From NCBI GenBank assembly GCA_018062305.1, contig JAGOSK010000003.1:1-62615 (forward strand): a stretch of 62,615 nucleotides of DNA, read 5' to 3'. Shown piece after piece: positions 54,062 to 62,615 of this stretch (positions are counted from its first letter, which is position 1; every line of letters begins with the position of its first letter). Made by a program: the position numbers and the translations under genes. This DNA is from Minisyncoccota bacterium. Lineage in GTDB: Bacteria > Patescibacteriota > Minisyncoccia > Phycocordibacterales > CAIZLB01. The notes under the pieces were generated by a model. The model did not search any database. It saw nothing but the letters and a program-made list of their open reading frames with translations, and had not been told where the DNA came from.

Positions 54062-54607
54062 CTACCGCGTCACCGCAAGTGTACTACTCGATACTTCCCC
54101 ATCAGCTGATACAGTGATGCGCCCCTCGCTGTCTGATTGGATAAAGTATCCAGTATTGTAGTCGAGCTCATCGATGAATCCTGAACCCTCTTTTGATGGG
54201 TCAAACGGCAGAACAGATATATAATCTGGTACGAGACACACTGCAATGTTAAAGTCACCATCAACTGCCGACATCAAAGTCTTGTCAGTTGGTATAGGAG
54301 TGATCACGCCCTCACAAGTGAAAACTCCTCCATGGTCAGTCAGATTTTGACCTATAGCATTGAGAATCGTGCTGATATTGGCATTTCTCTGTGAGTCACG
54401 AGCGATCTTGAACTGCCTGGCAGGATTGATAGCAACCAGCACCACTCCCGCGAGTATCGCCAGGATACCAATAACCATAAGTACCTCCAGCAAAGTAAAA
54501 CCGCTTGAATTCGCTCGCTTATTTTGATAATTGTTTTGATAATTTGAATAATTTTTATTATGTTTTTTAATTTTAAAAACATCAAACATATTTATTTTTT
54601 GTTTCAT
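54062..54607 (-). CDS. Type IV pilin-like protein (prepilin N-terminal methylation domain)
   Basis: ...NKRANSSGFTLLEVLMVIGILAILAGVVLVAINP, preceded by an unusually long Asn/Lys-rich leader. Confidence 0.8.
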   Translation of the reverse strand: MKQKINMFDVFKIKKHNKNYSNYQNNYQNKRANSSGFTLLEVLMVIGILAILAGVVLVAINPARQFKIARDSQRNANISTILNAIGQNLTDHGGVFTCEGVITPIPTDKTLMSAVDGDFNIAVCLVPDYISVLPFDPSKEGSGFIDELDYNTGYFIQSDSEGRITVSADGEVSSSTLAVTR

Positions 54608-54737
54608 GGCAGGAGTGTATCAGATCAACATGAAGCCACTATCAAATTTTTATAAAAATCGAATCGGCGGCTAGACTGAAAGACAAAAAAGTTCAAACTT
54701 AAGCCATGCCGAGTAAAGCTACCCCACTCGAATGGAG

Positions 54738-55259
54738 TCATTCCACCCTTTCAATATTTTCAGTATGAATATACCCAAATATTTCATCTGTAATAGAGTA
54801 TGTATATTTGATTTTAAAAGTATGCAAGGTAGCCTGCGAGCCCTGCGACGTAGTTGTTGCGACACCTTGTGTCAAGCTTTGCCACACACCTTGACGCAAA
54901 TCTCGATACACGCCAACAATATATGCAGTTCGGATATTTTTCGTCTGCACAAAAGACTCAAATCTACATATTGACCCATACGGTGTCGCTATGTCTACAC
55001 CAATAGGCGGTATATATTCAATGTTCTGTAAGGTGGTGTTGTACAGTCTATGTTTACAATACAAGGCGGAAGACCTGGCATGATCGCCATTTTTAAAACT
55101 TTCAAGAAGTATGAACATATACTGTGCACGGAGTACGAGACTAAAAATCAATGTCGCGAGTGCCGCCGAAAGCATTAAAACGAAAAACAAGGCAACAAAA
55201 CCACGCTCAAAACTAGTACCTGAAATAGTATTTACTCCAATGCTCAGTTTAGTATTCAT
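54738..55259 (-). CDS. Hypothetical membrane-anchored protein, possibly a minor pilin-like protein
   Basis: SFERGFVALFFVLMLSAALATLIF resembles a pseudopilin N-terminus lacking Glu5. Confidence 0.35.
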   Translation of the reverse strand: MNTKLSIGVNTISGTSFERGFVALFFVLMLSAALATLIFSLVLRAQYMFILLESFKNGDHARSSALYCKHRLYNTTLQNIEYIPPIGVDIATPYGSICRFESFVQTKNIRTAYIVGVYRDLRQGVWQSLTQGVATTTSQGSQATLHTFKIKYTYSITDEIFGYIHTENIERVE

Positions 55260-55342
55260 TCAGCCACTATACTCTAGCGAGCTAAATTCCTAATAAAATA
55301 AATATCAAAAAGTGAATTTTTCAAAAATTAGATACCTATCAT

Positions 55343-55368
55343 GTATCTAAAGTATATACTTTGGATAC
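55343..55368. other. 26-nt near-perfect palindrome in a GATAC-rich intergenic region (possible dedA terminator or operator)
   Basis: GTATCTAAAGTATATACTTTGGATAC, with one T/G asymmetry. Confidence 0.5.
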
Positions 55369-55417
55369 ATGATACACGCGCAAAAAAATAAATACTCTGA
55401 TATAGATACGCCACACC

Positions 55418-56110
55418 CTACAACAAATCTGCCGTGGTATCTTTCTCTGTAAGCTCTTCCATCGCCACCTCCCCCTTAGCAAGATCCTCCAGCTTCCTTC
55501 CTCTCCTTCTATTAAAAAAGTAAATCCCTGCGCCGACAATCAAAGCTGTAAACACAATACCAATTCGAGAGATAACTTTGTCTATCAATTCTCCATTCGC
55601 ACCAAAATAATATCCAAGCAATATATAACTAATAGCCCACAAAAACGCACCTACAACATTCAAAATCACAAACTTCCGATATGGCATATACACAGCGCCA
55701 GCGATAAATGGAATAATCTGCCGGATAGGGCTGATAAATCTCCCAAGTAATACACTTTTACCACCATGTTTGTGAAAAAAAGCCTTACCAATTTCAATAT
55801 GACTGATCCGTAATAGCCCCTTATTTTCCTTTATAAAACTACTTCCATATCTACCGATAAAATAACTGATAAAATCTCCGAGAATCGCTCCAACTGCCGT
55901 AGCGAGTATCACTCCATACAAACTGATATCCCCAGCCGCAGCCGTAAATCCAAAAAATAACAAGATAATAGTCCCAGGTATAAATGTCCCCAAAATAAAA
56001 GTTGATTCAAAAATTGCAGCGAGAGCTACCAGCACATAAAACCAATATCCGAGTTGGTGCACTACAGGCAAAACGCTAGTATTTAAAAAATGTATTACAA
56101 ATTCGATCAT
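55418..56110 (-). CDS. dedA: DedA family membrane protein
   Basis: FIPGTIILLFFGF..., LGDFISYFIGRYG, GRFISPIRQIIPFIAG. Confidence 0.85.
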   Translation of the reverse strand: MIEFVIHFLNTSVLPVVHQLGYWFYVLVALAAIFESTFILGTFIPGTIILLFFGFTAAAGDISLYGVILATAVGAILGDFISYFIGRYGSSFIKENKGLLRISHIEIGKAFFHKHGGKSVLLGRFISPIRQIIPFIAGAVYMPYRKFVILNVVGAFLWAISYILLGYYFGANGELIDKVISRIGIVFTALIVGAGIYFFNRRRGRKLEDLAKGEVAMEELTEKDTTADLL

Positions 56111-56128
56111 TCTATTTTATTTGCCGCA

Positions 56129-57568
56129 TTACTTCACCGCTTTCCGGCTCACTATTTTCTTGAACAATTTTGAACTTGAGTACACCGCTCGAGGATCAAA
56201 CAATGAGGGCGCCAGCTTTTGACCAGATAAGATATCTCCTATCCGCTTACCTCCATAGATAGAAGTCAAAATACCAACACCGTTGCATCCCAAGTTATAC
56301 ATCAACACTCTATTTTTTGGTTCCTCTCCTACCACTCGAATACTGGTCGGTGTATACCCCATCAACCCATGCCATTTAAAACGAAAATCAATATCACCTT
56401 TTGGAGCATTCTTATATGTTTTATGGAGAAAAGTAGAAATTTCTTCAGTTGCTTCTTCTTTGTATTCCGCTTCTGACACATATTGTTCAGTATCATCGAG
56501 CGAATGCTCAGGTCCACCTACACATATTAGGTTATGCTTTTCATTTTTTTCTAACTCATACGGACGACGAGTCATATAAATATATGGCTTTTGATCGTAT
56601 GGATCTTCGACGCTTTCCACATCATCTGCTGTTTGATCATAAAATGCCAGAGCGATAGGAGGATGTGTCAGTTCTTCGAGGTATCCTGCCATGTATCCGA
56701 TTTTACCTCGGACCATATGATGGAATTTAGTATCGATGTCAGCACCCGCATTGTTAGTAATCAAAAACTTCTCAAAACCGTTGGTACACAAGACCACTTT
56801 GTCAGCAGTTACTGCATACTCTTTTGACTTGAGTAACGCCAAATCTTTTTCCAAAATAACTTCCTGGATATGCGTTTCTTCGCATAATACAAATCGACCT
56901 TTGAATGTTGAGAGTAAATATCCCACTATCTCCTCTATGAGTACAGCAGCATTCACGCACCCTTTTCGCTCAGACATGACGGCAACATATGAAGTGTCCT
57001 CTGTCTCGAGCAAAGACAGAATGTCTGCATGTGGTACCAGACTATATAAATCTTTATATATTTTTGGAATTTGATCTATATCTTCTGCCGTGTCTGATAT
57101 ATATATTGGGGATACTTGGATACCCGCCTCCGTACGAAAAATATTATTTTTCAACTCTTCTACGACTCGTCCGATATCGGTAAATCCGTTGTATCCCATG
57201 AACGAAGACATCGGCGTTGTTAGCTTTGCCTCTTCATATATTTGCTCAAGTAAAATCCAAGCACCTCGCACAGACTTTTCTGCATCAGCTGCCATGCTCA
57301 AACCAAACTCTTCTACAAGCGAATAAAACTCTCTTTCAAATTCAAAGACAATCTGACCTGCATTGTGCCCAGTCGCACCGTGTGCCACTCGATTTCCCTC
57401 GATAAGGAGAACCTGTTTGTCAGTATTTTTCAATGTAAAATACGCAGTCATCACACCAGCAATACCAGCGCCTACGATGGCAATATCTGTTGCGATATCA
57501 CTTTGTAATGTGTCGATAGGCCTCGTAACGTTTAGTTGATGTAACCAGGGTGAATTGTTTGGCTTCAT
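56129..57568 (-). CDS. FAD-dependent oxidoreductase (DAO-like)
   Basis: N-terminal Rossmann motif DIAIVGAGIAGVMTAYF. Confidence 0.7.
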   Translation of the reverse strand: MKPNNSPWLHQLNVTRPIDTLQSDIATDIAIVGAGIAGVMTAYFTLKNTDKQVLLIEGNRVAHGATGHNAGQIVFEFEREFYSLVEEFGLSMAADAEKSVRGAWILLEQIYEEAKLTTPMSSFMGYNGFTDIGRVVEELKNNIFRTEAGIQVSPIYISDTAEDIDQIPKIYKDLYSLVPHADILSLLETEDTSYVAVMSERKGCVNAAVLIEEIVGYLLSTFKGRFVLCEETHIQEVILEKDLALLKSKEYAVTADKVVLCTNGFEKFLITNNAGADIDTKFHHMVRGKIGYMAGYLEELTHPPIALAFYDQTADDVESVEDPYDQKPYIYMTRRPYELEKNEKHNLICVGGPEHSLDDTEQYVSEAEYKEEATEEISTFLHKTYKNAPKGDIDFRFKWHGLMGYTPTSIRVVGEEPKNRVLMYNLGCNGVGILTSIYGGKRIGDILSGQKLAPSLFDPRAVYSSSKLFKKIVSRKAVK

Positions 57569-57640
57569 AATATATTGAGTATATCATGCTCTGTTTCAAA
57601 AAAACCTGTAGATAACTAGGCAAAAATACTACGTGTTACG

Positions 57641-58120
57641 CTAGCGATTGTAGACATACGTCTGGTATGGATACTGAGTATATGTATATGTATCCTGATA
57701 TGTTTGAGGTCGAGGGTCTTGAAAATAGGTGTACTGATAGTATGGATATTGCACATAACTTGTATTTCCATAGCCATAGTTGTCGTATCCGTAGTTGTTA
57801 TACGAAGGATAATACGCTGGCTGATTGTACACATACTGATATGAAGGATACGGAGTGTAGTAGTTTCCATAGTCAGAGTATCCAGAGTTGTAGTAAGAAT
57901 ATCCTGAATCATAATAATCATACCCACCATAGTAGTCTCCGTAATTACCTCCACAACCATACGTATCATATGCATAATACGAACCGTACGACGAACAAGC
58001 TGAGGCTGTCTGTACCCCGATAAATCCAAAGAGTGATACAGATGCGATAAGTACTACTAGCAGGATATGCACCGTAGAAACGATAAAAGGTGCCACCTTG
58101 TGAAAATTTTGTTTTCTCAT
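57641..58120 (-). CDS. Secreted, extremely tyrosine-rich low-complexity protein
   Basis: Signal peptide (VAPFIVSTVHILLVVLIASVSLFGFIGVQTASA), then 118 aa of which I counted 42 Tyr. Confidence 0.65.
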   Translation of the reverse strand: MRKQNFHKVAPFIVSTVHILLVVLIASVSLFGFIGVQTASACSSYGSYYAYDTYGCGGNYGDYYGGYDYYDSGYSYYNSGYSDYGNYYTPYPSYQYVYNQPAYYPSYNNYGYDNYGYGNTSYVQYPYYQYTYFQDPRPQTYQDTYTYTQYPYQTYVYNR

Positions 58121-58194
58121 AGTGACACACTTATATCATTTTTTGTATTGTCTCGCAAACCTAGATTACGCACCTTGCGTATCTACTCACTTAC

Positions 58195-58842
58195 TTAGTT
58201 AAGTATTGAGGTAATAGTAAATCCAGAGTCTCTACTCGCACTTAGTCCATTTGATGAATATCCGTTTGTAGATGATACAGGCACATATGTTTTCTTGTAT
58301 TTATTCATCTGTGCTGTGGCATCTGTACCGTGATAAATATACACTTGTTCTGGGTACTGACCTGAAGTAGCTGGATCATATTTTGGAGCTGGGTTTTGGA
58401 AATATGAGTATCCATAATATGGGTACGGCACATAGTTAGTAGAGTTTGTCGAAGTTGCCTTACGATATGCATCAGTTGATGGGAAGTTCGTATACACCTG
58501 ATATGGGTACTGTACATAGTTTGGGATTGATGTAGATGCAGTTGGAGCAGTTGTAGGACGAGTACTTGTTGCAGTTGTAGTTGATCCGTTATTTGTATTA
58601 CTAGTATTTGAAGTACTAGTATTCTGATTGTTTGTACTTGTAACAGATATACCATTTGCAGTTAGGTATCTATAGAAGTCTGCGCAATTATTTCCACAAC
58701 CATTTCCAGTAATATCAACAAAGTATGTAGACTCACCTGCGGCTTCTACCTTTTCCATTCCAGCTGTTCCAGCAGTAACTGCGACGATAGCGATTGCTAT
58801 GATTGAGGCTATTGCGATTGATATGTTAAGTAGTTTTTTCAT
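58195..58842 (-). CDS. Secreted Thr/Asn/Tyr-rich protein sharing YVQYPYQ-type motifs with the 57641 protein
   Basis: Signal peptide. YVQYPYQVYTNF, YVPYPYYGYSYFQNP. Confidence 0.6.
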   Translation of the reverse strand: MKKLLNISIAIASIIAIAIVAVTAGTAGMEKVEAAGESTYFVDITGNGCGNNCADFYRYLTANGISVTSTNNQNTSTSNTSNTNNGSTTTATSTRPTTAPTASTSIPNYVQYPYQVYTNFPSTDAYRKATSTNSTNYVPYPYYGYSYFQNPAPKYDPATSGQYPEQVYIYHGTDATAQMNKYKKTYVPVSSTNGYSSNGLSASRDSGFTITSILN

Positions 58843-59027
58843 ATATTTTAGATTAAATTATGTTTTGCTAAAGGAGGCTTTTAAAGGCTAGTCTTAGGGG
58901 TCTCAGTGAGATATCCCCGACTCAATATATACATTATATCATAGATATATATAATGTCAAGCATCTCGTAATCCTCTCCTCCCTAGTGTCGATTCAGAGG
59001 ATCTGCCTAATTACCTACTATATCTAC

Positions 59028-59744
59028 CTAATTACCAGTACCACACGCATCTTCCGCCCATAAACCTAGTTTCCCCACTTCGGCATTTCGTTGTGCTTCC
59101 TTAAATTCCTTCTGATATTTGTATGGCTTATCATAGGTGTACTCGTATGCGTAACCAGAAGCTATCATGTATTTGTTAAAAAATATTTCTGTGTCCTTAG
59201 TATTCGTGGCGTAAGTGTGATCACCTTCCCTACTATGTACATATACATACGCAAGACCTCTTCCATACTTATCTTTAGTATCTTGAGTCTTATCATATTC
59301 GAGACGTACCATTTTTCCCAAAAGTAACTCTTTTGCTTTAGCAGATGCTTCCCTTCCAAAACACTCTACTTTTTTTCTAGGATCAACAGTTTCAGGTGTA
59401 TTTATACCTATGAGTCGTATAGTTTGTTTTAGATTAATATCATCTATACCTTTTTGCACAGTGATTGTATCACCATCTACAACCTTGACCACATACATCC
59501 ATATATCTGAAACAGAATTCACTGTTGTATCTGAAGTTGCGTTGGAAGTTTCATTCGAAGTTACCACTTGACTCACTTGAGTGGTGACGAACGGATCTAT
59601 ATCTATTTCTTGATCGACTTTCTTTGAATCAACACCCTTAAGCATATCGATAGATATTCCTAAAAGGACTATAAAAGATGAAAGTACAATACCAACAAAC
59701 TTTATCTGTTTTCTCATTTCACGAATAGAAATATTTTTATGCAT
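59028..59744 (-). CDS. Secreted thermonuclease (staphylococcal nuclease family)
   Basis: VVDGDTITV, IRLIGINTPE, ECFGREASAKAKELL, YGRGLAYV. Confidence 0.85.
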   Translation of the reverse strand: MHKNISIREMRKQIKFVGIVLSSFIVLLGISIDMLKGVDSKKVDQEIDIDPFVTTQVSQVVTSNETSNATSDTTVNSVSDIWMYVVKVVDGDTITVQKGIDDINLKQTIRLIGINTPETVDPRKKVECFGREASAKAKELLLGKMVRLEYDKTQDTKDKYGRGLAYVYVHSREGDHTYATNTKDTEIFFNKYMIASGYAYEYTYDKPYKYQKEFKEAQRNAEVGKLGLWAEDACGTGN

Positions 59745-59804
59745 AGATATTTTTATATATGAATATCAACTATACAGATTTTGATATGCGTAATCTAGTA
59801 TAAA

Positions 59805-61130
59805 TTATTGATACTGAATATAAATAGGCGCTGGTGTGAGCTTGATAACCTCCGATGCAGTCATCAGCCGTGAGTTTTCCTGCTTTAGATCATTTTTATA
59901 AAATAGTTTGAAACCGGTGAACTGAATAGGCTCTGGGTATACAAAACCTTTGTATGTTCCAATCTTACGAGCTTGGTGTCCCCATCCGTCCATTGTGAGA
60001 ACCATTTGCACTTCGGGGATTGTCTGAATGTTCTTGTAGTTGGTAACCATGTTTCGAGTAAATCTATAAAAGGTCAGAACCTTTGGAGGTAGGTCGTGCT
60101 TCTGAACCAATCCAGCGAGATATGAGGCAGTGAAGTTTATATCTCGAGCATCCATCGTTCCAATGACACTTCCCGGCTTGTTTCCTGATTTCATAGAAAA
60201 CTCTGGATCGATACCAAGATGTACATTTGGGAGTGATAAATATTTTTCGAGCGCAGGCAATTCACGCTGTACGTCTGATAAGGCAACTTGAATATCGAGG
60301 AAGACGATTGCATCTATTTTCTTTGCCATTTCCAAAACTTTGTCGATCTCAGTGTCTGGCATGCGAGCTCTGTATTTTCCGTCTTTGCCGGCAGAGCCTT
60401 GCGCTACTACTGCAATATAGTGAAGAGCAGGCTGTACAGGAGTAGCTGGATCTGCAAGTTCCCATTCTTTAACCTGAGTCTTGAGTCGTCGAAGTACATC
60501 ATCTGGTTCGTATTCGCCGAGTACTCCCATTTTTTTAGAATATAAGTTTCCATAGTACGCCACTATTCTTTTGAAAGGTAGAATCGCGCCAACTTTTGGA
60601 TACGCTGTTCCTTGCACTGGCCAGAGGGCTTTTACAACTGCATTTACTGGGGCCTTCGCAACAGAAACAGTTGGACTTTGTTTGGTAGTCGTCGCACTTT
60701 TAGATGTTGAAATATTTGTGTTAGCGACCACTGTATTTGACGCTGTCGCAGTGCTCGTAGCAATCGGCGTCAACGTAGTTGTAAATGTAGCTCCTGTTCC
60801 AAACTTGAGTCGAGATTTAAACTCTGCAGTGGAAGTAGCATTGTTTAAATCTACTGCGTGAGCAAGGTGAAAGAGACGAAGGTCATAGTCCACCCTATCG
60901 AGTTCTGGTTTTTTTGCAATGATATTTGTGCCAAATGTAGTACTCGAAGCGAATCCATTTTCCATAATAGAAGCGATGACATCGGTAGTGTATGCGAACA
61001 CTTTAGTGCTCACAAAAATCACAGCGATAATAGAGACAATCAAAATAGCCACTTTTCGGGGGTCGACTCTACTTCGGTGTCTTCTTTGCACCGCACTCTT
61101 TTGTGACACATTTCGTTGCACCGCGACCAT
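59805..61130 (-). CDS. Hypothetical secreted or anchored protein
   Basis: N-terminal TM, Thr/Ala-rich linker, ~270-aa globular C-terminus that I could not assign. Confidence 0.5.
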   Translation of the reverse strand: MVAVQRNVSQKSAVQRRHRSRVDPRKVAILIVSIIAVIFVSTKVFAYTTDVIASIMENGFASSTTFGTNIIAKKPELDRVDYDLRLFHLAHAVDLNNATSTAEFKSRLKFGTGATFTTTLTPIATSTATASNTVVANTNISTSKSATTTKQSPTVSVAKAPVNAVVKALWPVQGTAYPKVGAILPFKRIVAYYGNLYSKKMGVLGEYEPDDVLRRLKTQVKEWELADPATPVQPALHYIAVVAQGSAGKDGKYRARMPDTEIDKVLEMAKKIDAIVFLDIQVALSDVQRELPALEKYLSLPNVHLGIDPEFSMKSGNKPGSVIGTMDARDINFTASYLAGLVQKHDLPPKVLTFYRFTRNMVTNYKNIQTIPEVQMVLTMDGWGHQARKIGTYKGFVYPEPIQFTGFKLFYKNDLKQENSRLMTASEVIKLTPAPIYIQYQ

Positions 61131-61131
61131 A

Positions 61132-61788
61132 TTAGATAATTGATTCGATAATTATTGGAGAAATTGGTCGATCATCGGCATCTACCGGCATATTTTCAAT
61201 CAGATTTACAACGTCCATACCTTCAACTACTTTTCCAAACACAGTATGCTTGCCATCAAGACGGTTGTTTGGATTTACATTGATGAAAAATTGACTACCG
61301 TTTGTGTTCGGACCAGCATTTGCCATTGCAATAGTACCTACATCGTTTCTATTGTCTGAGTGTATTTCATCTGCAAACTTGTAGCCAGGACCTCCAGTTC
61401 CCCATTCTGCACTCTTGCTATCGTCTTTTGTCAGTGGATCTCCACCTTGGATCATAAAGCCTTTTATCACTCGGTGAAATTTGACGCCGTTATAAAAGCC
61501 AGATTCTGCGAGTTTTCGGAAGTTTGCTGTGGTATTTGGAGCTTTTGCGTCAAACAGCTCGATAGTGATGTTTCCTTTATTTGTTTTGAGTGTAATGTTC
61601 ATAGTTTTTTTATTTTTAGTTGATGGTGTCGTTGCTGTAGATGAGGCTGATGTTGTTGATAAAGCACTCTGCGTGTCTTTCTGATAATTTTGAAGTACGA
61701 GTTTGTCTTCACCTTTATTTGAATAAAATGAATAAGCTAGTATTGCTACAATTGCACATGCAATTAAAATTGAAATGTTTTTACCCAT
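61132..61788 (-). CDS. ppiB: Membrane-anchored cyclophilin-type peptidyl-prolyl isomerase
   Basis: [34 protein letters not shown]. Confidence 0.9.
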   Translation of the reverse strand: MGKNISILIACAIVAILAYSFYSNKGEDKLVLQNYQKDTQSALSTTSASSTATTPSTKNKKTMNITLKTNKGNITIELFDAKAPNTTANFRKLAESGFYNGVKFHRVIKGFMIQGGDPLTKDDSKSAEWGTGGPGYKFADEIHSDNRNDVGTIAMANAGPNTNGSQFFINVNPNNRLDGKHTVFGKVVEGMDVVNLIENMPVDADDRPISPIIIESII

Positions 61789-61820
61789 AATGCCGAAAAT
61801 TATATCATAAAATGCAATAT

Positions 61821-61854
61821 AAAAACCCCTAAAGTATAAGCTCTAGAGGTTTTT
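61821..61854. terminator. Intrinsic terminator after csp
   Basis: AAAAA-CCCCTA...TAGAGG-TTTTT (one G-U pair on the minus-strand RNA). Confidence 0.5.
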
Positions 61855-61891
61855 ATATGATTTGTATATTTCTATATAAATCGAGAGCGGA

Positions 61892-62089
61892 CTATGCTCG
61901 AGCTACGTTTGTAGCTGCAGGTCCTTTTTCGCCCTGTGATACTTCAAATGTAACTTCGTCACCAGCTCGAAGTTCATCAAAAGTAACTCCAACCAACTCT
62001 GAAGAGTGGAAGAAAAGATCCTTAGCTTCTCCCTCTCGAGAGATGAATCCGAATCCTTTTGGGTTCAATGTTTTTACAATTCCTTTCAT
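61892..62089 (-). CDS. cspA: Cold-shock domain protein
   Basis: KGIVKTLNPKGFGFISREGEAKDLFFH (RNP1/RNP2). Confidence 0.9.
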   Translation of the reverse strand: MKGIVKTLNPKGFGFISREGEAKDLFFHSSELVGVTFDELRAGDEVTFEVSQGEKGPAATNVARA

Positions 62090-62162
62090 ATAATGTGATT
62101 TTTTTATTTTTTTCTTAAATTCGACTTATTTACCCCATAGTACAGGTAAATTGGTAAATAAG

Positions 62163-62615
62163 CTACTTTTTCTGAAGAAAGGGGTGCTCTATGTACTTAT
62201 AGGTAATAGTCGAGACAAGCACGGTCAAGAGCGCTGAGACCAGGATTAGACCCCAAAAAGACCACGTGGCGAGCTGATCAATAGGGATAATAGTGTCTGC
62301 CAGATGGAGCACTGTAAATAGAACGATGCCATGCATCAGATATACACTATAGCTAATAGTACCTAGGAAAAGGGCTGCTTTTGTTTTGAATAATCCAAAG
62401 AAACTATTGCCGTATATAAAGAGTAGTAGAATGCACAAGCTAATAACATATTGCGGCACTCCGTATGGCTTGTATTGAATCAAATAGATGGCAATCAATC
62501 CGATAATCGGAATACACGAGATGGTCCAATTTCTCACAAGATTTTTTGGATTTGCATCCAAGCCTTGATGACTTCGCCCACTTTTATATATCCAATTAAT
62601 CCGTGGCCATTTATG
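62163..62615 (-). CDS. Acyltransferase-3 family membrane protein, N-terminus beyond the window
   Basis: LGTISYSVYLMHGIV. The frame stays open from 62561 (a TTG in the track) to the window end. Confidence 0.6.
   Translation of the reverse strand, partial: HKWPRINWIYKSGRSHQGLDANPKNLVRNWTISCIPIIGLIAIYLIQYKPYGVPQYVISLCILLLFIYGNSFFGLFKTKAALFLGTISYSVYLMHGIVLFTVLHLADTIIPIDQLATWSFWGLILVSALLTVLVSTITYKYIEHPFLQKK

Noticed and set aside
57616-58029. Alternative-frame ORFs (57616-58029 minus, 57667-58023 plus) across the Tyr-rich gene
   Set aside because: These are products of the same low-complexity TA(T/C)-rich DNA. Only the 57641-58120 frame has a signal peptide and a paralogous neighbour.

Overview
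By eye this is a low-GC (~40%) window with the compact, surface-protein-rich gene content of a Patescibacteria/CPR (Parcubacteria-like) genome under the standard code. The six-frame track also starts ORFs at TTG, so several true starts lie inside the listed ORFs. Layout: (i) 1-36 kb is core genome. It holds a minimal dcw head (mraZ-rsmH-ftsL-ftsI), lysS, greA, mreBCD-PBP2, rseP, frr, holB, a second mreB, priA-def-fmt, hpf, and several secreted proteins anchored by peptidoglycan-binding domains. It also carries an HTH/DUF4065 (Panacea-type) antitoxin with a RelE-like toxin. (ii) 36.1-41.8 kb is a copper-homeostasis module (csoR with a clear operator, copA, YHS, DUF305, an HMA-DsbD_2 fusion, a cupredoxin-like protein). 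(iii) 41.8-53.8 kb looks like an integrated element ending at tRNA-Asn(GTT). One tightly packed operon runs AbiEi/AbiEii, a zinc-ribbon ORF, a Type III mod, an OLD-family (ABC ATPase + Toprim) gene wedged between mod and res, then res. This is followed by a 650-nt non-coding tract with seven ~60-nt structured units sharing an RTCC...AAAGTAAT core, an interleaved double inverted repeat, a small ORF whose paralog sits at the left end of the element, a winged-helix protein, and a large serine recombinase whose ORF runs into the tRNA. (iv) 53.9-62.6 kb holds pilins, dedA, an FAD oxidoreductase, two extremely Tyr-rich secreted proteins, a thermonuclease, cyclophilin, csp and a truncated acyltransferase. 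The best candidates for novelty are the mod-OLD-res triad and the adjacent structured repeat array. All domain calls come from motif reading, not searches.
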